The notes under the pieces are model-generated. The model did no database searches. It was not told where the DNA came from and saw nothing but the letters and a program-made list of their open reading frames with translations. Both the position numbers and the translations under genes were made by a program. 64,000 nucleotides of DNA from Octopus sinensis (lineage: Eukaryota): NCBI RefSeq assembly GCF_006345805.1, contig NC_043000.1:38006001-38070000 (forward strand). The letters run 5' to 3'. This document shows positions 1 through 13,340 of the stretch, one piece after another (within the stretch, counting starts at the first letter, position 1; each line of letters begins with the position of its first letter).

Positions 1-2186
1 ATTTATTAGTAATCTACAAGATGTTTGGTGCGGAATGCCAAAAGATTCTCACTTGCACACAAACAAGAAATAGGCGAAAGAGAGAATAAAGTGAGTTAAA
101 AAGTGTGTTAGAGGGGGAAAGGAAAGAAAAGAGACATCAACTTTGTACATATGTGGGGCTGTATCTCACGAGATGTACTTCCAGGCTTTGTCAGCAAATT
201 TCGTTAGCTGAATAAACGACTTTTGGAGATGATCGAGTTTAGAAGTCAAAGATTTTAGTTTCAGTGGCGTACTTCTAATAAAACAGATTTCTAACGTTTC
301 TATTTACATTAATGTTGAATATTGCTTCCTATGGAGTTCAATATTTATGAATATTGCTTCCAGTTCAATATTTATGGAATACTTATTAGTTTTAAGTTAT
401 CAGATTTATAGAAAAAGAGAAATAAGATGTGACGTTCACACTTCTACTGAGGAGGGGTGGGAATATGATGGCAATTATAAAGAAGATCTGTTTTGCTCGG
501 TATTGAAACCGTGAACGGGTTAATCGTTTCATTGGCAGTTTATATTTTACTTGAATTAGGGCAACACATCAGCCCCTGTCAACTATCACTCTATCTCGTT
601 GTCTATTTTCTTGTTACACATTCAAAGGGTCACGAAGCAGATGAGCTTCAAGTCATGCACTAACCATCTGGTTTATGGACCGCATGTATCCTCTTCGCTA
701 CTAACGTGACTTCTGCTCCCCGATGTAAGTTAGTCCCGAACCACTCCCTCTGAAGAACATTATGTTCACTCGTCTTTTCCCTTGTCATCACCGAAACTGT
801 GCCCAGCTTCCACTTTCTATACTAACGGCCATACACAGAACTACGTCCACAAAATAACAGTCCTTTAAAATCTCCTTCAGTATATTTTCACCTTTTAGTA
901 TCGTTTTGCCATTGTTTAATGGGACTGCTAACCTCGCAGATCTCACTTTCCTTGTAAAACCTACGAAGGCCAAATGAAACCAATTAAATCAAATACACAA
1001 AAGAAAACGTTTCCCGACACGATAGTTATACTAACTCAAAATCTTGGCTTATTTTACTATAATACCGAAGTCCATACTTCTCAAAATATTTTGGCTTTAG
1101 AGCCTACACATCTCGACTCATTCAATAAATTCACTTTATCAGATTCTGCCATATCCACCGGGACTCATCACACACTGAAATAAAGACTTTGTTCTCTGTG
1201 TATTTTCCAGAAATGTATATCTTTGAATTTTTTATAATTTTCTTTCAACAAGTACGCCATATTTTAAACAGAATATTAATCCATCTAGCCAACCATGGTT
1301 TATATTATTCAGATCAATAACAGCATGAACAGAGCATGCGCAATGACCTTTCAATGACATTTCATAGAAATAACTGAAAGTTCCAGGTTCGGTCAGTAAG
1401 TTCGATGAAATCGAATATCAATATTAACAACCGCTTCTAAACACTGATTGTAAATGTAACTAATGTTTATTGCGTAAAATAGTCTTTAGTTATTGCTTGT
1501 TATTTTTCTATTTACGCTTGTTTACATCTATAAAGGAATAATAAATCCGGGAAAACAGCCGCATTCTCGGTACATTCTGTTATTGGTGCACGAGCGACTG
1601 TAACTTCTCTGAGAGAATGTCTATAACTCTATAAACTACATTGTTTTGGTGAGGAGCCTAATGTCCTTCCGTGAGGTATAGGAACACCGGTGTGCGCGTG
1701 GGCGTACGTATGTGTGTATGTATGTGCGCGTGTGTGTATGTGTGTGTATGTATATGCGTATGTATGTGTGTATGTATGCATACATGTAGGTATATATATT
1801 GAAACAGACTTTTGTCAGAATAGACGACACAGTGTCTTTGAAGTTAAGTACGCTGCATAATATATATATGCGTGAGTGCATAGGGGCATGTCCGTATATG
1901 AACGTGGTTTTTATGCTTTGTACTTCCTTATGTTTTTTTCTGTTACCTTAACCATGGTTTTTCTTGCGCTTGTGCGTATATACGTATGTATGAACTTTTA
2001 CGGTACGCATGTGTGTGTGTATGAGTTTGTATATATATGCGTATATATTTGGCGAAAAATGCGAGTGAAGATGTGTACGTTTTCATAGTGACGTATAAGT
2101 ACGCACGTGGGTTCGTGAGCAGAATTATAATACAGTAATTTCCCTTTGTATAACGGTATTTTTTCATAGCGTTTTTCAGATGGCCA

Positions 2187-2247
2187 GATAACCGAAGAGA
2201 TGGTGTTGTGGATTTCCACTTCGGCATCTGAAACTCAGAGTTTTATC
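2187..2247 (+). ncRNA. Variant minimal type-I hammerhead-like motif (core CCGAAGA)
   Basis: GATAA-CCGAAGA-GATG...CATC-T-GAAA-C-TCAGA-GT-T-TTATC. Stem I GATAA/TTATC, stem II GATG/CATC, near-palindromic stem III ACTCAGAGT. A mirror copy at 2696-2755 (-) has a damaged stem I. Confidence 0.55.
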
Positions 2248-2272
2248 TTGACTATTGAGTAATGTAACATAT

Positions 2273-2319
<47 letters not shown>

Positions 2320-2354
2320 GTGGTGTGTTTGTGTGTGTGTGTGTGTGTGTAGGT

Positions 2355-2472
2355 GCAATGGCCCGGTTTTGTTAGGGCAGCGGACTCGCAGTTGTAGGAT
2401 CGCGGTTTCATTCCCAGCCCGGGCGTCCTGAGTGTTTATTGAGCGAAAACACCTAAAAGCTCCACGAGGCAG
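2355..2472 (+). mobile_element. tRNA-derived SINE, 5' fragment (family of 61065-61433)
   Basis: gcaatggccc...gttagggcagcggactcgc...gagtgtttattgagcgaaaacacctaaa matches the head of the full copy at 61065. Confidence 0.8.
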
Positions 2473-2595
2473 TAGCTCGCTTCTGCTCGCAATATATTAA
2501 TTTCAAGCGACACACAGTCGTTGATTTTGCAACAAGCAAAATGCTAATTCTAAGAGTTTTTTCTCTAAGAGATCAACGCAGTACGTGTACTACCA

Positions 2596-2650
<55 letters not shown>

Positions 2651-3426
2651 TATATATATCGCTGTAAAATAATATGTGACAATATTCAATAGCTAAGATA
2701 ACTCTGAGTTTCGGATGCCGAGGTGGAAATCCACAACACCATCTCTTCGGTTATCTGGCCATCTGAAAAAACGCTATGAAAAAAGAGCGTTATACAAAGG
2801 GAAACTACTGTGTTATAATTCCGCTACTTATATAATAGCGCTAATCCAATGACCGCTAATTAAAAAAAGGTTAAAAGTTCATAGTAAACACGTAAGCATG
2901 CCTACTCACACCCACATGCATCTTCACTCGCATTTTTCGCCAAATGTATACGCATATATATACAAACTCATATACACACACGCATACACAAAGAAAATGA
3001 TTATACATACGCCCCAAAAAACCTAAAAGATTGTAAAAATACTGAGTAAAAACGTCTATATATATATATGTATTCTTATGCGCGCACACATGCACACATC
3101 TATATACATACATACCCACCCACTCATACATATTCACACACGCGTACAAATGAATCTATATACACGTCTATATAGGCACAAGAAAAATGCAAGATGGAAA
3201 AGTATAGAAAAAATTATTATGTGTAAAAATATAAAAATATATGAAAAAATAAGAGGTATGAGATAAAAAACTTTTTGGGATATAATATAGATATATATAT
3301 ACATACATATATATTCCCTTCTTTCCTGAGCGTCAATAATATTTTAATTGTTCCACGTCTCGCGTTGCTGTTTTTTTTTTTTTCTTTTTTTTTCTCTTTT
3401 TTTTCTGTTTCCCTTGTTTGATTAAC

Positions 3427-3458
<32 letters not shown>

Positions 3459-3469
3459 ATATATATATA

Positions 3470-3930
3470 CGGTGGCGGCCAAAATGTTCAGAACGTCCAG
3501 GGCATTGTTTTGTCAGTCAAAATTAGATATATTTTTTATCAAAGTTGTTTTATATTCTATAATTTTCACAGACATAAATACGATATTATTTGTTATTGCC
3601 TGATATTTTGGTGTAATTTGAGAGGATAATACAAAAGTTATGGATGATTTAGTGATTTACTGCAAAACCCATGGCGGCCAAAATGATCAGAACGGTTGCT
3701 TTTACTCCGTGTTTTAGTATATTTAACTGGCGAACTCTAGTGTTTTGAACTTGTTTACGTGACAGTTCGTTTACTAAACATTAGTAAGAATATTTGCAGT
3801 GTACTTTGTTAATATAATGCCACTTACTCCGTTACCAATTCATCAGCAGATTATTAAGCTTCGAATGAAGGATAATTTAAGTATTGGATCTATTGCAAAG
3901 ATTGTTAACAAGTCAAAAAGTGTTGTACAT
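3470..3930 (+). mobile_element. Tc1/mariner 5' fragment (left end plus transposase N-terminus)
   Basis: Starts TA|CGGTGGCGGCCAAAATGTTCAGAACG, with an inner direct repeat TGGCGGCCAAAATGATCAGAACG near 3673. ATG at 3817 gives MPLTPLPIHQQIIKLRMKDNLSIGSIAKIVNKSKSVVH, resembling a Tc1 paired-like HTH. Confidence 0.65.
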
Positions 3931-4060
3931 GAAAAGATTTTCACCTCTGTAATTTTTTATTACCCATACACACATACACACGCACACACATATATATACA
4001 TATATATATGTACCATATATATAAATTACATAATATCGATATTATTCTTATTTATAAATT

Positions 4061-4120
<60 letters not shown>

Positions 4121-4130
4121 TTGACATTTA

Positions 4131-4230
4131 TAGAAACCAAAAGACGAAGACAGGTGTATAAACAACAAGCACATGTATTAGTATGACGCTCGGGAAAAAT
4201 GAAAAAGTCCTTTACGTTTCGAGCCTACGA
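4131..4230 (-). mobile_element. Truncated Penelope-type terminal repeat (3' half of hammerhead only)
   Basis: Reverse complement reads cgtaggctcgaaacgtaaaggac...cgagcgtcatactaatacatgtg...acacctgtcttcgtcttttg, the same family as 15828-16062 and 39308-39520. Confidence 0.75.
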
Positions 4231-4714
4231 CGACTATATCTGGTTTTCCACTTATAAACAACGGAAAAGTAGAATATGCGACACATTCTCCGTAAACTCC
4301 AGTAGCTCCATTTATGTATCTCAGTGTATCAAAAAGTTTCAGCCATGAAGGGAAGAAAGTTTGTTTTTGTTTTTGTTTCCAGTAGAGGAATCTCAATGCA
4401 TTAAATCTCTCTTTGGTATCGTCCTTATCATCGACGTTGTTGTTGCTGTTTCGATCTATGTCCGATCTAATTAACTATCCTCATCATTACTGATGAGCCA
4501 GTCTTAATCACTCAACTAAAAAAGCAAAAATGACGCATAGGCGTGGTTATGTGTCTGAGAAGCTTGCTTCCCAAACAAGGTTTTGGATACAGTCCCGCTG
4601 TACAGTACCTCGGGCAACAGTCCTCTATTATAGTCCCCGGTCGACCAATGCTTTCTGGGTGCATTTGTTAGACGTATACATACACGCACGCACACACACC
4701 ACACACACACACAC

Positions 4715-4749
<35 letters not shown>

Positions 4750-4877
4750 GATGATTCATTCTTCATTAAAACTTCAAGAACAAAGTTTTATATTCGTTTT
4801 TATATCCTTCTATTGAAACACAATTACTTTCAATAACCCTATATTATATATATATATTTTTATAATAGATATAACTA

Positions 4878-4914
<37 letters not shown>

Positions 4915-6157
4915 ATATATTATACATATATTATACATATATATATATATATAATATTATACTACATATACACATACACCATATATACATACATCACAAC
5001 ATATATATTATATATATATAAAGAGAGAGAGGGAGAGAGAGAGAAAGAGAAAGAGAGATAGTAAAGAAAGAAAGGCAGAGACGGGCAGAAACAAGGAAAA
5101 GGCCTCTTGTATTTGAAAACTATGGAAATATTTTTTTGTAAACTTAGAGTTGAAAAAGTCTCAATGACTGAAACCGGTACTAAAATGTTTTTTATGATAA
5201 AATTACTTTAGCATTTTCTACCTTGACTTATATAACAAGGCAAATGTAAGTATTTCTCAATAGATTGAAGAAAAAAAATGTTAAAAAAAACAGCCTTAAT
5301 CGATTTCCGAAACTGATAGGTATCTCATCGAAGATGCCAACATCAATCTGACGGATCCTCGAGAAACGAATAGACAATCCTTCTCATATACTCTACAAAT
5401 CCAGTAAATGCAGAAAACTGGGGATACCAGTTTGCCCGCCATAAGTGTATACCCGCTGACTGTGTGTGCGCGCGCGTGTGTGCATGCATGCGCGCATCTT
5501 TTGTGTTGGGTATCTTAAAGTAAATAGTAAAAGACACTACATCTAAATCCTTAGTCATATTTTAAAAACAGCAACGTGTGATATTTGTGGAGGAATTTAC
5601 TTGCTATTTCTAGCAGATGGAGCGACCACTTAAAATTCCCCCGGATGGCTCGCTACTATATTTATATATGAATAGGGCGCATTGTCAGAAGAAATGACAC
5701 GTCTGTGTATGGTATGTTTGTAGGCATTCTGTATAAATGATGTATGATGATACATTACAATCAATTCTAAGAGTCATTTGATCCAATAAATAGATATTAA
5801 ACAGTATGTTTGTATTGTTACTAAAATATTTTACAATAGTTTTTATTGGAATTTTATTGAGAGACCAAACAAATAACCCTGTCAGCATATATTAATTTAC
5901 AAATGTACAAACGAATATAGAAACAGAAGCAGAAATACACACAACACCGACTAAAGTGCGCACGAACCTCCCCACCCACACGACTCACGCCCTTCTCACC
6001 CACCCACACACCCACGCACCCCCACGCAAACAAAGCAAAGTGAATTACATGTGTTTAGTTAATGTTGAAGAATTTGAGCGCAAACATTATTTACTTAAAA
6101 TACTTAGAATTCTTAGAAAAGATTCGGCCAGAATTAGCCAGGTCATGGTTAACTTAC

Positions 6158-6353
6158 TCTTTTACTTGCTTCAGTGATTTGACTGTGGCCATGCTAGAGC
6201 ACAGCCTTTTAGTCGAGCAATTCGACCACAGGACTTATTCTTTGTTAGCCTAGTACTTATTCCATCGGTCTCTTTTGCCGAACCACTAAGTTACGGGGAC
6301 GTAAACACACCAGCATCGGTTGTCAAGCGATGTTGGGGGACAAACATATACAA

Positions 6354-6388
<35 letters not shown>

Positions 6389-6536
6389 CATATATACGAC
6401 GGGCTTCTTTCAGTTTCCGTCTACCAAATCCACTCACAAAGCTTTGGTTGGCCCGAAGCTATAGTAGAAGACACTTGCCGAAGGTGCCACGCAGTGGTAC
6501 TGAACCCGGAACCATGTGGTTGGTAAGCAAGCTACT
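6158..6536 (-). mobile_element. tRNA-derived SINE, family A
   Basis: Reverse complement has gtagcttgcttaccaaccacatggttccgggttcagtaccactgcg...gaaactgaaagaagcccgtcg...gctctagcatggccacagtc; homologous to 22223-22597. Confidence 0.85.
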
Positions 6537-6614
6537 TTCTCCGAAATGTCTGGCCTTGTGCCAAAATTTGAAACCATGATCATTAGTATTTTGCTTCTTC
6601 TCTTTACATAAAAG

Positions 6615-6712
6615 ACTAGCAGTATCGCCCGGCGTTGCTCAGGTTTGTAAGGGAAATAACTATATAAGCATTTTTAGAGAGTTATAGCCAAAAAATAGCA
6701 AAAAAAATGCAT
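6615..6712 (+). mobile_element. Helitron-like non-autonomous element, 5' fragment
   Basis: actagcagtatcgcccggcgttgctc.ggtt..taagggaaataact is nearly identical to the start of 14602-14985. Confidence 0.65.
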
Positions 6713-7310
6713 TTTGCTTTCTAACTTTTCGGGATCGATATAATTAGTACCAGTTGATTACTGAGGTTGAGGTAATAGACTTACTGCACCCCGATAGTTG
6801 AAAATCAATATTTAGGTTCTTAATGAACAGACGTTTTAATTCATTCAAATCACACTCCTAATGATGACTGAGAAATGTATCTTTGCTTTTTTTAAAATCA
6901 TTCCACTGTGGCCATGCTGGAGCACCACCTTGTAGGGTTTTTACTCAAACAAATCTACATCAGTATTTATATTTAATACGGCACGTATTATAAGAGCTAT
7001 TGTCATTAAAATCTAAACAAAACAAGCTAACAAAAATCTTTAGAATGCCCAGAAAAAAAAATCACAATACCAGTAAAGGCATTTTGAATTGGTTCCTTTT
7101 CAGTATTGTTACAGCATTGTTACAGCAGTCTTTTACACGAATGGTTTTGTCACGTCCTCCACATCCATTTTTGTTACTCACGTCACACCAAATAAATGAG
7201 AATTGTGATCACGGACATTGCTGTCAGCAACTTTATTGGCATTTTGGGGAATTCCAAGGTCAATGTAATTAAACACAATGAGGTTTTTATTTTCTATTTT
7301 AAATTTAGAT

Positions 7311-7622
7311 TGTGGCTATGCTGGGGCACCGACCTGAAGTGTCTCAGTCGAAGGAATCTACCCCAGTACTTATTTTTTAAGCCTGGTATTTATCGGTCTC
7401 TGTTGTCGAGCGGCGTTGGGGGACAAAAACAGACACAAAGGTACACGCAAAGACATATATATACGACGGGCTTCTTTCAGTTTCCGTCTACTAAATCCAC
7501 TCTGAAGGTTTTGGTCGGCCCGAGGTTATAATAGAAGACGCCCGAGGCTATAATAGAAGGCGCCCAATGTGCGACACAGTAGGACTGAATCTGGAACCAA
7601 ACTTCTTACCACGCAGCCACGC
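7311..7622 (-). mobile_element. SINE family A (degenerate)
   Basis: Contains tatacgacgggcttctttcagtttccgtctactaaatccactc, the reverse complement of the family A core. Confidence 0.8.
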
Positions 7623-8488
7623 TGGGTACACTGGAGAAATTCAATGGAATTAACTGTCAATATTTTCAGGTGAAAACCAAAATGCTTTGTGCCGTGTCAC
7701 GTCACATTTTTCATAATTTAAAAAAAAAAATAAAAGAATTCAAAACACAGTCCAGGTAAATTTCTTTTGTTTGTTTAATACTTGGGTAATCAAACTTTTC
7801 TGTGAAAAGTGAATCAATACAATTCTTGTAAATGCTGAAGTTTTCCTCTTAGATATTTCATAATTTGCGTCGCTGACTGTCATGTACGCCACGCGAGAAT
7901 GGCCCATAATTACTGGGGAAATGGTGATTAATATGTGAACACGAGAACTATTCTTACAAAAACTACCTGCAAGAGCTATGGCTTTCGATTGTAACCGGTA
8001 TGGACACAATAGCGATGAGTATTATGTCATTGTTTATCGCAATAGGGAGTTAAATATCTCCTCCTATCAAACAACCACACGCACATACTCCCTCACCAAC
8101 CCTCACGCTGGTCTCCTTTATTTCATAAATTAGATGTCATCTTTTCTCTTCTATTCTTTCAGTTGAGATATAGACTTGTATAACGACGTCAAATAATTCG
8201 TAATTATATAAAGATTTCTTAAGCACTGTTGGTGAAAAATTTGTTAACGCTAATTATTGTGTAACATCTTAAGGTGTTATGTGCCTTATTAACGTGTGTG
8301 AGCGTGTGTGCGCACGCCCGTGCTTGTGTATATATATATATATATATATACACACAAGCACGGGCTTATATAGACATATATATGTCTTTATATGTATATA
8401 TGTATATATTATGTATATATATCTGTATATACATATATATATTATATATATGTATGCATATACATGCATACACACACGGACATATACA

Positions 8489-8519
<31 letters not shown>

Positions 8520-8584
8520 CATACATACACACACATATATATGTATGTATATATGCATGCATGTGTGTGCATATAAATATAATA

Positions 8585-8624
<40 letters not shown>

Positions 8625-9644
8625 CATATATATAATGTACATATATGACAATATTTCGAGATTGATAGATTAAGATATAGACAGATAGATATTTTTAAGC
8701 ACACACACACGCATATATTCATACTTATATACATAAATACATTCATATAGGATGTGTGCACGGTTTTCTAGACATAAATATTGAACTGGTTAATACACAC
8801 ACACCACACCACACACACACACACACACAATTTCATCTGATGTGAAGTGTGTCGAGTATAGAATATACATACCTTAACGTATATATCACTCACATCCACG
8901 CGAATAATAGCGTACACACACGCCACCTACCGCACGCATACATTTACAAGTGTGTGTTTATCTATGTAGTTCGTGTGCGAGCTTGCCTCTGTACAAATGT
9001 GCACACAGATAGCAAGGATAGCTGTGATACATTCTCAAGATACGTATGCGGATATTTCCACAGCTGCCTCTCTACTGAAATCAACCGACATTCTTTAACG
9101 ATATCCAACTGATAAATATATTAAGTATACAGTGAAGAGTGGCTATGAAGGACCAGTTATTATTGAGCCATTTACAATAACACTTAATTCCTTCAGCTAC
9201 TACATAATATATACAGTTGTAAACGTGTTAAACAAATTTCGTCCATCAAATTGATATCATTAGCAGAATTTATATCCACTAAATTAATATTAGTCTTGGT
9301 GAGAAACAGTGAAAATGCCTCACAGAAAATTGGCAGAGTTGATTGATCTGATATAATATGATCGCTCCTTTCGCAGCAGCAGCGCCATTACTGTTTATAT
9401 TAACGGAGCCAAATTTTTAATATTAGCTTCTGGTGCTACCATTTTTGGCGGCCTGCTTGCATATTTGCTAAAGCGACAATACACCTGCAAATGTAGAAAT
9501 TTAAGAGGAAGATATTACAACACTAGGCACATTTCCAAAGAATATAATGAAACAGCATAAGTATTACAAATGTCAGCCATTATAATAATGTGCTCAGACA
9601 ATGAAACAGGGAGAGAGGGAGAGGGAGAGAGATGGGGAGAGAGG

Positions 9645-9687
<43 letters not shown>

Positions 9688-9814
9688 GCTTAGTGATAAC
9701 GAGAGTAAGAGAGCGACTGAGAGTGAGTTACTTCCTATCTACGATGTGTGTGAAGCATGCGTGTGCGTGTGTGTGTGTATATATGTGTGTGTGGGTGAGG
9801 GTGTGTGGGTGTGG

Positions 9815-10370
9815 GTGTGTGGTAAGCTATTTGGTTCCTATCACATAGTTCCGGGTTCAATCCCACTGCATATTTTCTACTATATCCTCGGGCCGACCAA
9901 AGCCTCGTAAGTGGATTCGATAAGCGGAAACTGAAAGAAGTCCATCGTGCCGTTTGGCATGTTATCATCTCTTTTTCCTCATGTTGTGTCTTGATGGTTT
10001 CTGCTTGCTGCGTTCTTTTTGCCCTTCTTTTGATTTATTCATACGGCGCACCGTACAACCTGTTGTTTATATTATATATATAACTGTGTCAATAACCTAT
10101 AATCCTTTTCTCATTCACAAATATATATATATATAATTTATGTGTGTGTATGTGTGCTTGTATGTCTGTGTTTTTCCACCCCACCATCGTCTGACAACCG
10201 ATGCTGGTATGTTTACTCCTCTTTAACTGAGCGGTTCATCAAAAGAGGACGATAGAATAAGTACTAGGCTTACAAAGAATAAGTCCTGGGGATCGATTTG
10301 CTCGACTAAAGAGCTGTACTCCAACATGACAGCAGTCAAATGACTAAAATAAATAAAAGAATAAAAGAAT
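9815..10370 (+). mobile_element. SINE family A, split by a ~190-bp unrelated insert
   Basis: Head gtggtaagc...gttccgggttcaatcccactgc to ~9950; tail gatagaataagtactaggcttacaaagaataagtcctgggg...cagtcaaatgact from ~10140. Confidence 0.8.
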
Positions 10371-10394
10371 ATGTATATATATATATATATAGAT

Positions 10395-10595
10395 CAGTGC
10401 TTTTCAACCTTTTTGCTGGAGCGGAACCCCAAGGAAACATTCCACTGGCTCGAGGAACCCCTGTGCAATAATTTAATTGTCTTATGCACACATATCTGCA
10501 CAGGATAATTAAAAATTATTGCCGATTTTAGCAGTTTTGTAACTTCTTGCGGAACCCCTGGACTGTACTGGCGGAACCCTGGTTGAAAACTACTG
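10395..10595. mobile_element. hAT (Charlie-like) MITE, 201 bp
   Basis: TIRs CAGTGCTTTTCAACC and GGTTGAAAACTACTG. The 8-bp TSD ATATAGAT occurs at 10387-10394 and 10596-10603; 8 bp is diagnostic for hAT. Confidence 0.85.
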
Positions 10596-10597
10596 AT

Positions 10598-10662
<65 letters not shown>

Positions 10663-10832
10663 TAGATAGATAGATCAACGTTTTTTTTTCATGGTTAGTT
10701 ATAATAACAATTTTACATTAATGTTATGTTATTCTTTTTTTTTTTAGTGAACAAGCTTATCATTCTTAAACAAGAATATTATTGGCAGTGACTTCGAAGT
10801 TGCAGCTAGTTATGTCATCGTCCAACGATGGC

Positions 10833-10863
<31 letters not shown>

Positions 10864-12400
10864 CATACATACATACATACATACATACATACACACATAC
10901 ATACATACATACATACGTACATATATACATGCACACACGCACACATGTAAACCTCGCGGTGTACGTCTTTAATCTGTTCCATTTCATCTCAAATCCAGTT
11001 AAAATCCAATAGAACAGTGAGTCGGGGAGGTCATATTAACCACGAAATCACTGGTGGTTCGACAGCAAACCTTGTACAAAACCAGAAATTTATGTTTAAA
11101 TTAATTCATCAACACCAACGAACCTTCCTCCAGCTTTTGGCCAACCAGTAATTTATGCAACACACATAAAAGCCTTCTTTCTGGTAAAGCTAAAGGCGAT
11201 TCACTTGCTGCAGTTATCGTTGCTTGTGTCGTTGTTGTTCGCTGTTATTGTTTGTATTTTGGTCGCGGTTAAACTTCTCTCTCTCTCTCTCCTCTCTCTC
11301 TTTCCCTCTTTTCCTCTCTCTCTCCCTGTCTCTATCTCTGTCTCTTCCCCCCTCCCTCTCTGTATGACATCTGCTGAATAGCGAGTTACGCCAGTGGTTA
11401 ATCTAAGATCGTGTTTCAGCCGAGAATCGTGTCTAACTACAAAGGCACGTGGCCTGTCGACAAGCAGAATGAATAGAAATGGAAGCGAACAGAAAAGCCG
11501 TCCGTGAACTCGTGACATCTGTGGTTATTACTCATAAGATCAGAGTATCGTCTGGGTTATCATTGTATAATCCTCGCATTTATCGCTTCTCTATTTAGTG
11601 TATTGTTTCCAGCTACAAAAAGACACAATAGAGACATCTCTACTCCATATTTACTCACACTTATTGAAGAGGGTGTTCGAGAGTGAAGCCGTCCCCTTTC
11701 ACTAAACGAGCGGGGTTGAGTAGCAAATAGCAGGCAGCGGTCCACAGACGCGTGGCAGATTTACCAACACGTGGCAGTGTCAAAAAATTCATTCAAAATT
11801 ATTCTAGTTCTGTTAAAAAGACGAATATCCCAAGTGAGAGGGGTCAACCGCTGGAGATGCCATTCTTAAGGTTTTCCAGTTGAATTTTCTAAAGTGCCAA
11901 AACATTAGAATAATCGAGATGAGATGTTTCCAATATTATTAATAAAATTGGTCAGCCAGAAATGACTAGCTCATCTGCTTGATTAGCTGTAATGGTTCTT
12001 CGTCGTTCGGCGACGAGGACTCACTCTCTTCGGCAATTGAATTACCTTCTCCAGATTTAACTTTTAAGCGGTTGAGTATTCCACAGACATCTTTTATTTT
12101 TTACTTGGTTCACTCATTGAACTACGGCCATGCTGGGGTACCACCTTGAAGGGTTAATTGAACAGATTTAACCGAGTCCTTTATTTTTAAGTTTGGTAGT
12201 TTTTCTATCCGTTTACTTTTTTTGCTGAACTGCTAAGAATAATAATGTAACCGCGCAATTAATAATGATAAGATAAACTAATAATTATTTAAATCGTCAT
12301 CATCATCATCATCATCATCATCATCAACTGTCTCGAGCCCTGTGACTCACACGGCTGGTTATTCAGTCCCCATGAGTATAAGTGATTCAGATGAATACAC

Positions 12401-12556
12401 TTCCCCTGAATGAAAGCCAGTCCATCGCAAGGGGACTGGAGGTGCGTGAGATTATGTGCTTTGCTCAAGAACACAACACGCCGCCCTGTCCGGAAATCGA
12501 AACCACGATCTTACAATCGTGAGTGCAACGCCCTACCCACTAAGCTACGCCTTCAC
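12401..12556 (-). mobile_element. tRNA-derived SINE fragment (head shared with 44130-44470)
   Basis: Reverse complement gtgaaggcgtagcttagtgggtagggcgttgcactcacgattgtaagatcgtggtttcgatttcc has A- and B-box-like motifs. Confidence 0.7.
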
Positions 12557-12730
12557 AAATAATTTCGGTCAAACCAAAACAAACGACAAAAAAAGGCCTA
12601 ATATTTCAGAGAGAAGTCAGACAACAGTTTGTGGCTTTCAGGTTTTCTCGGGTCACGGCTTGGGCGAACGGCATAACAGTTTATAATAAATCTGTAGTCT
12701 TGTCAGCATATTTTCTTACTCGACTAAGTT

Positions 12731-13019
12731 GTGGTGTGGAGGCAACGGACTCGCGGACGAGGGATCGCGGGTTCGAATCTCAGATCGGGTGGTGTGTTTA
12801 TGAACGAAACAACTAAGCCTCACGCGGCACCGGCAGGAGGTAATGGCGAACTTCTGCTGACTCTTTCGCCACAACTTCTCTCACTCTTCCCTCCTGCATC
12901 TTACAGCTTACCTGCGACGGACCGGCGTCCCGTTCAGGTGGGGAACCTATACGCCAAGGAAACCGGGAAACCGGACCATATGAGCCAGGCATGGCTCGAA
13001 AAAGAACAAACAACAACAA
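12731..13019 (+). mobile_element. tRNA-derived SINE ending in (AAC)n
   Basis: tRNA-like head with B box GGGTTCGAATCTC at ~12769 and tail ...gaacaaacaacaacaa. Confidence 0.7.
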
Positions 13020-13340
13020 GCAGTGGTGGATTCGCAGAACTGTTGGAGCGTCGGAAAATACACCTTTCGGTATTTCTTCCGGCACTTTAGCTCCTGAGTT
13101 CAATTCCAGCCGAGATCAACTTTACCTGTCAGCGTTTCGGCGTCGATAAAATAAAGTACCAATTAGGTACTTGAGTCGATAGTATCGACTAAACTTGCTT
13201 CCATCAAAACTGCTGGTCTTGTATCGAAATCGGAAACAGTACAATAATAGTAGGAGGTGGTCACTGTATAATATGCATGAAGAGAAGGACGTCGTTAAGC
13301 CGTTATCTGTATCAATATACATATATTAACATATATCAAG

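Larger units (their letters stand above)
2013..2980. repeat. Interrupted long inverted repeat: two convergent copies of a hammerhead-bearing (Penelope-type) terminal unit
   Basis: Inner arms 2122-2279 and 2665-2821 and outer arms 2013-2073 and 2919-2980 are near-exact reverse complements. The centre holds (TA)n/(TG)n and a SINE head. Confidence 0.85.

Noticed and set aside
655-973. ORF 788-973 and adjacent sequence as a possible old LINE endonuclease remnant
   Set aside because: The resemblance is vague and no diagnostic motif is intact.
5144-5183. Hammerhead-like relic TTAG...AGTC/GACT-GAAACCGGTA-CTAA (similar relics at 17267-17311, 38833-38870 and 46524-46560)
   Set aside because: Some stems survive but the CUGANGA core or the stems are too damaged. 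They are probably dead copies and were not counted.
8269-8761. Overlapping [12 protein letters not shown] ORFs (also at ~17400, 25700, 39000, 45200, 52200 and 59300-62800)
   Set aside because: They are translations of dinucleotide and tetranucleotide microsatellites, which lack stops in several frames.
12731-12800. tRNA-like sequences at SINE heads (also 17601, 22223, 33341, 61065)
   Set aside because: They have A/B-box-like motifs but no complete cloverleaf, and they run into SINE bodies, so they are not tRNA genes.
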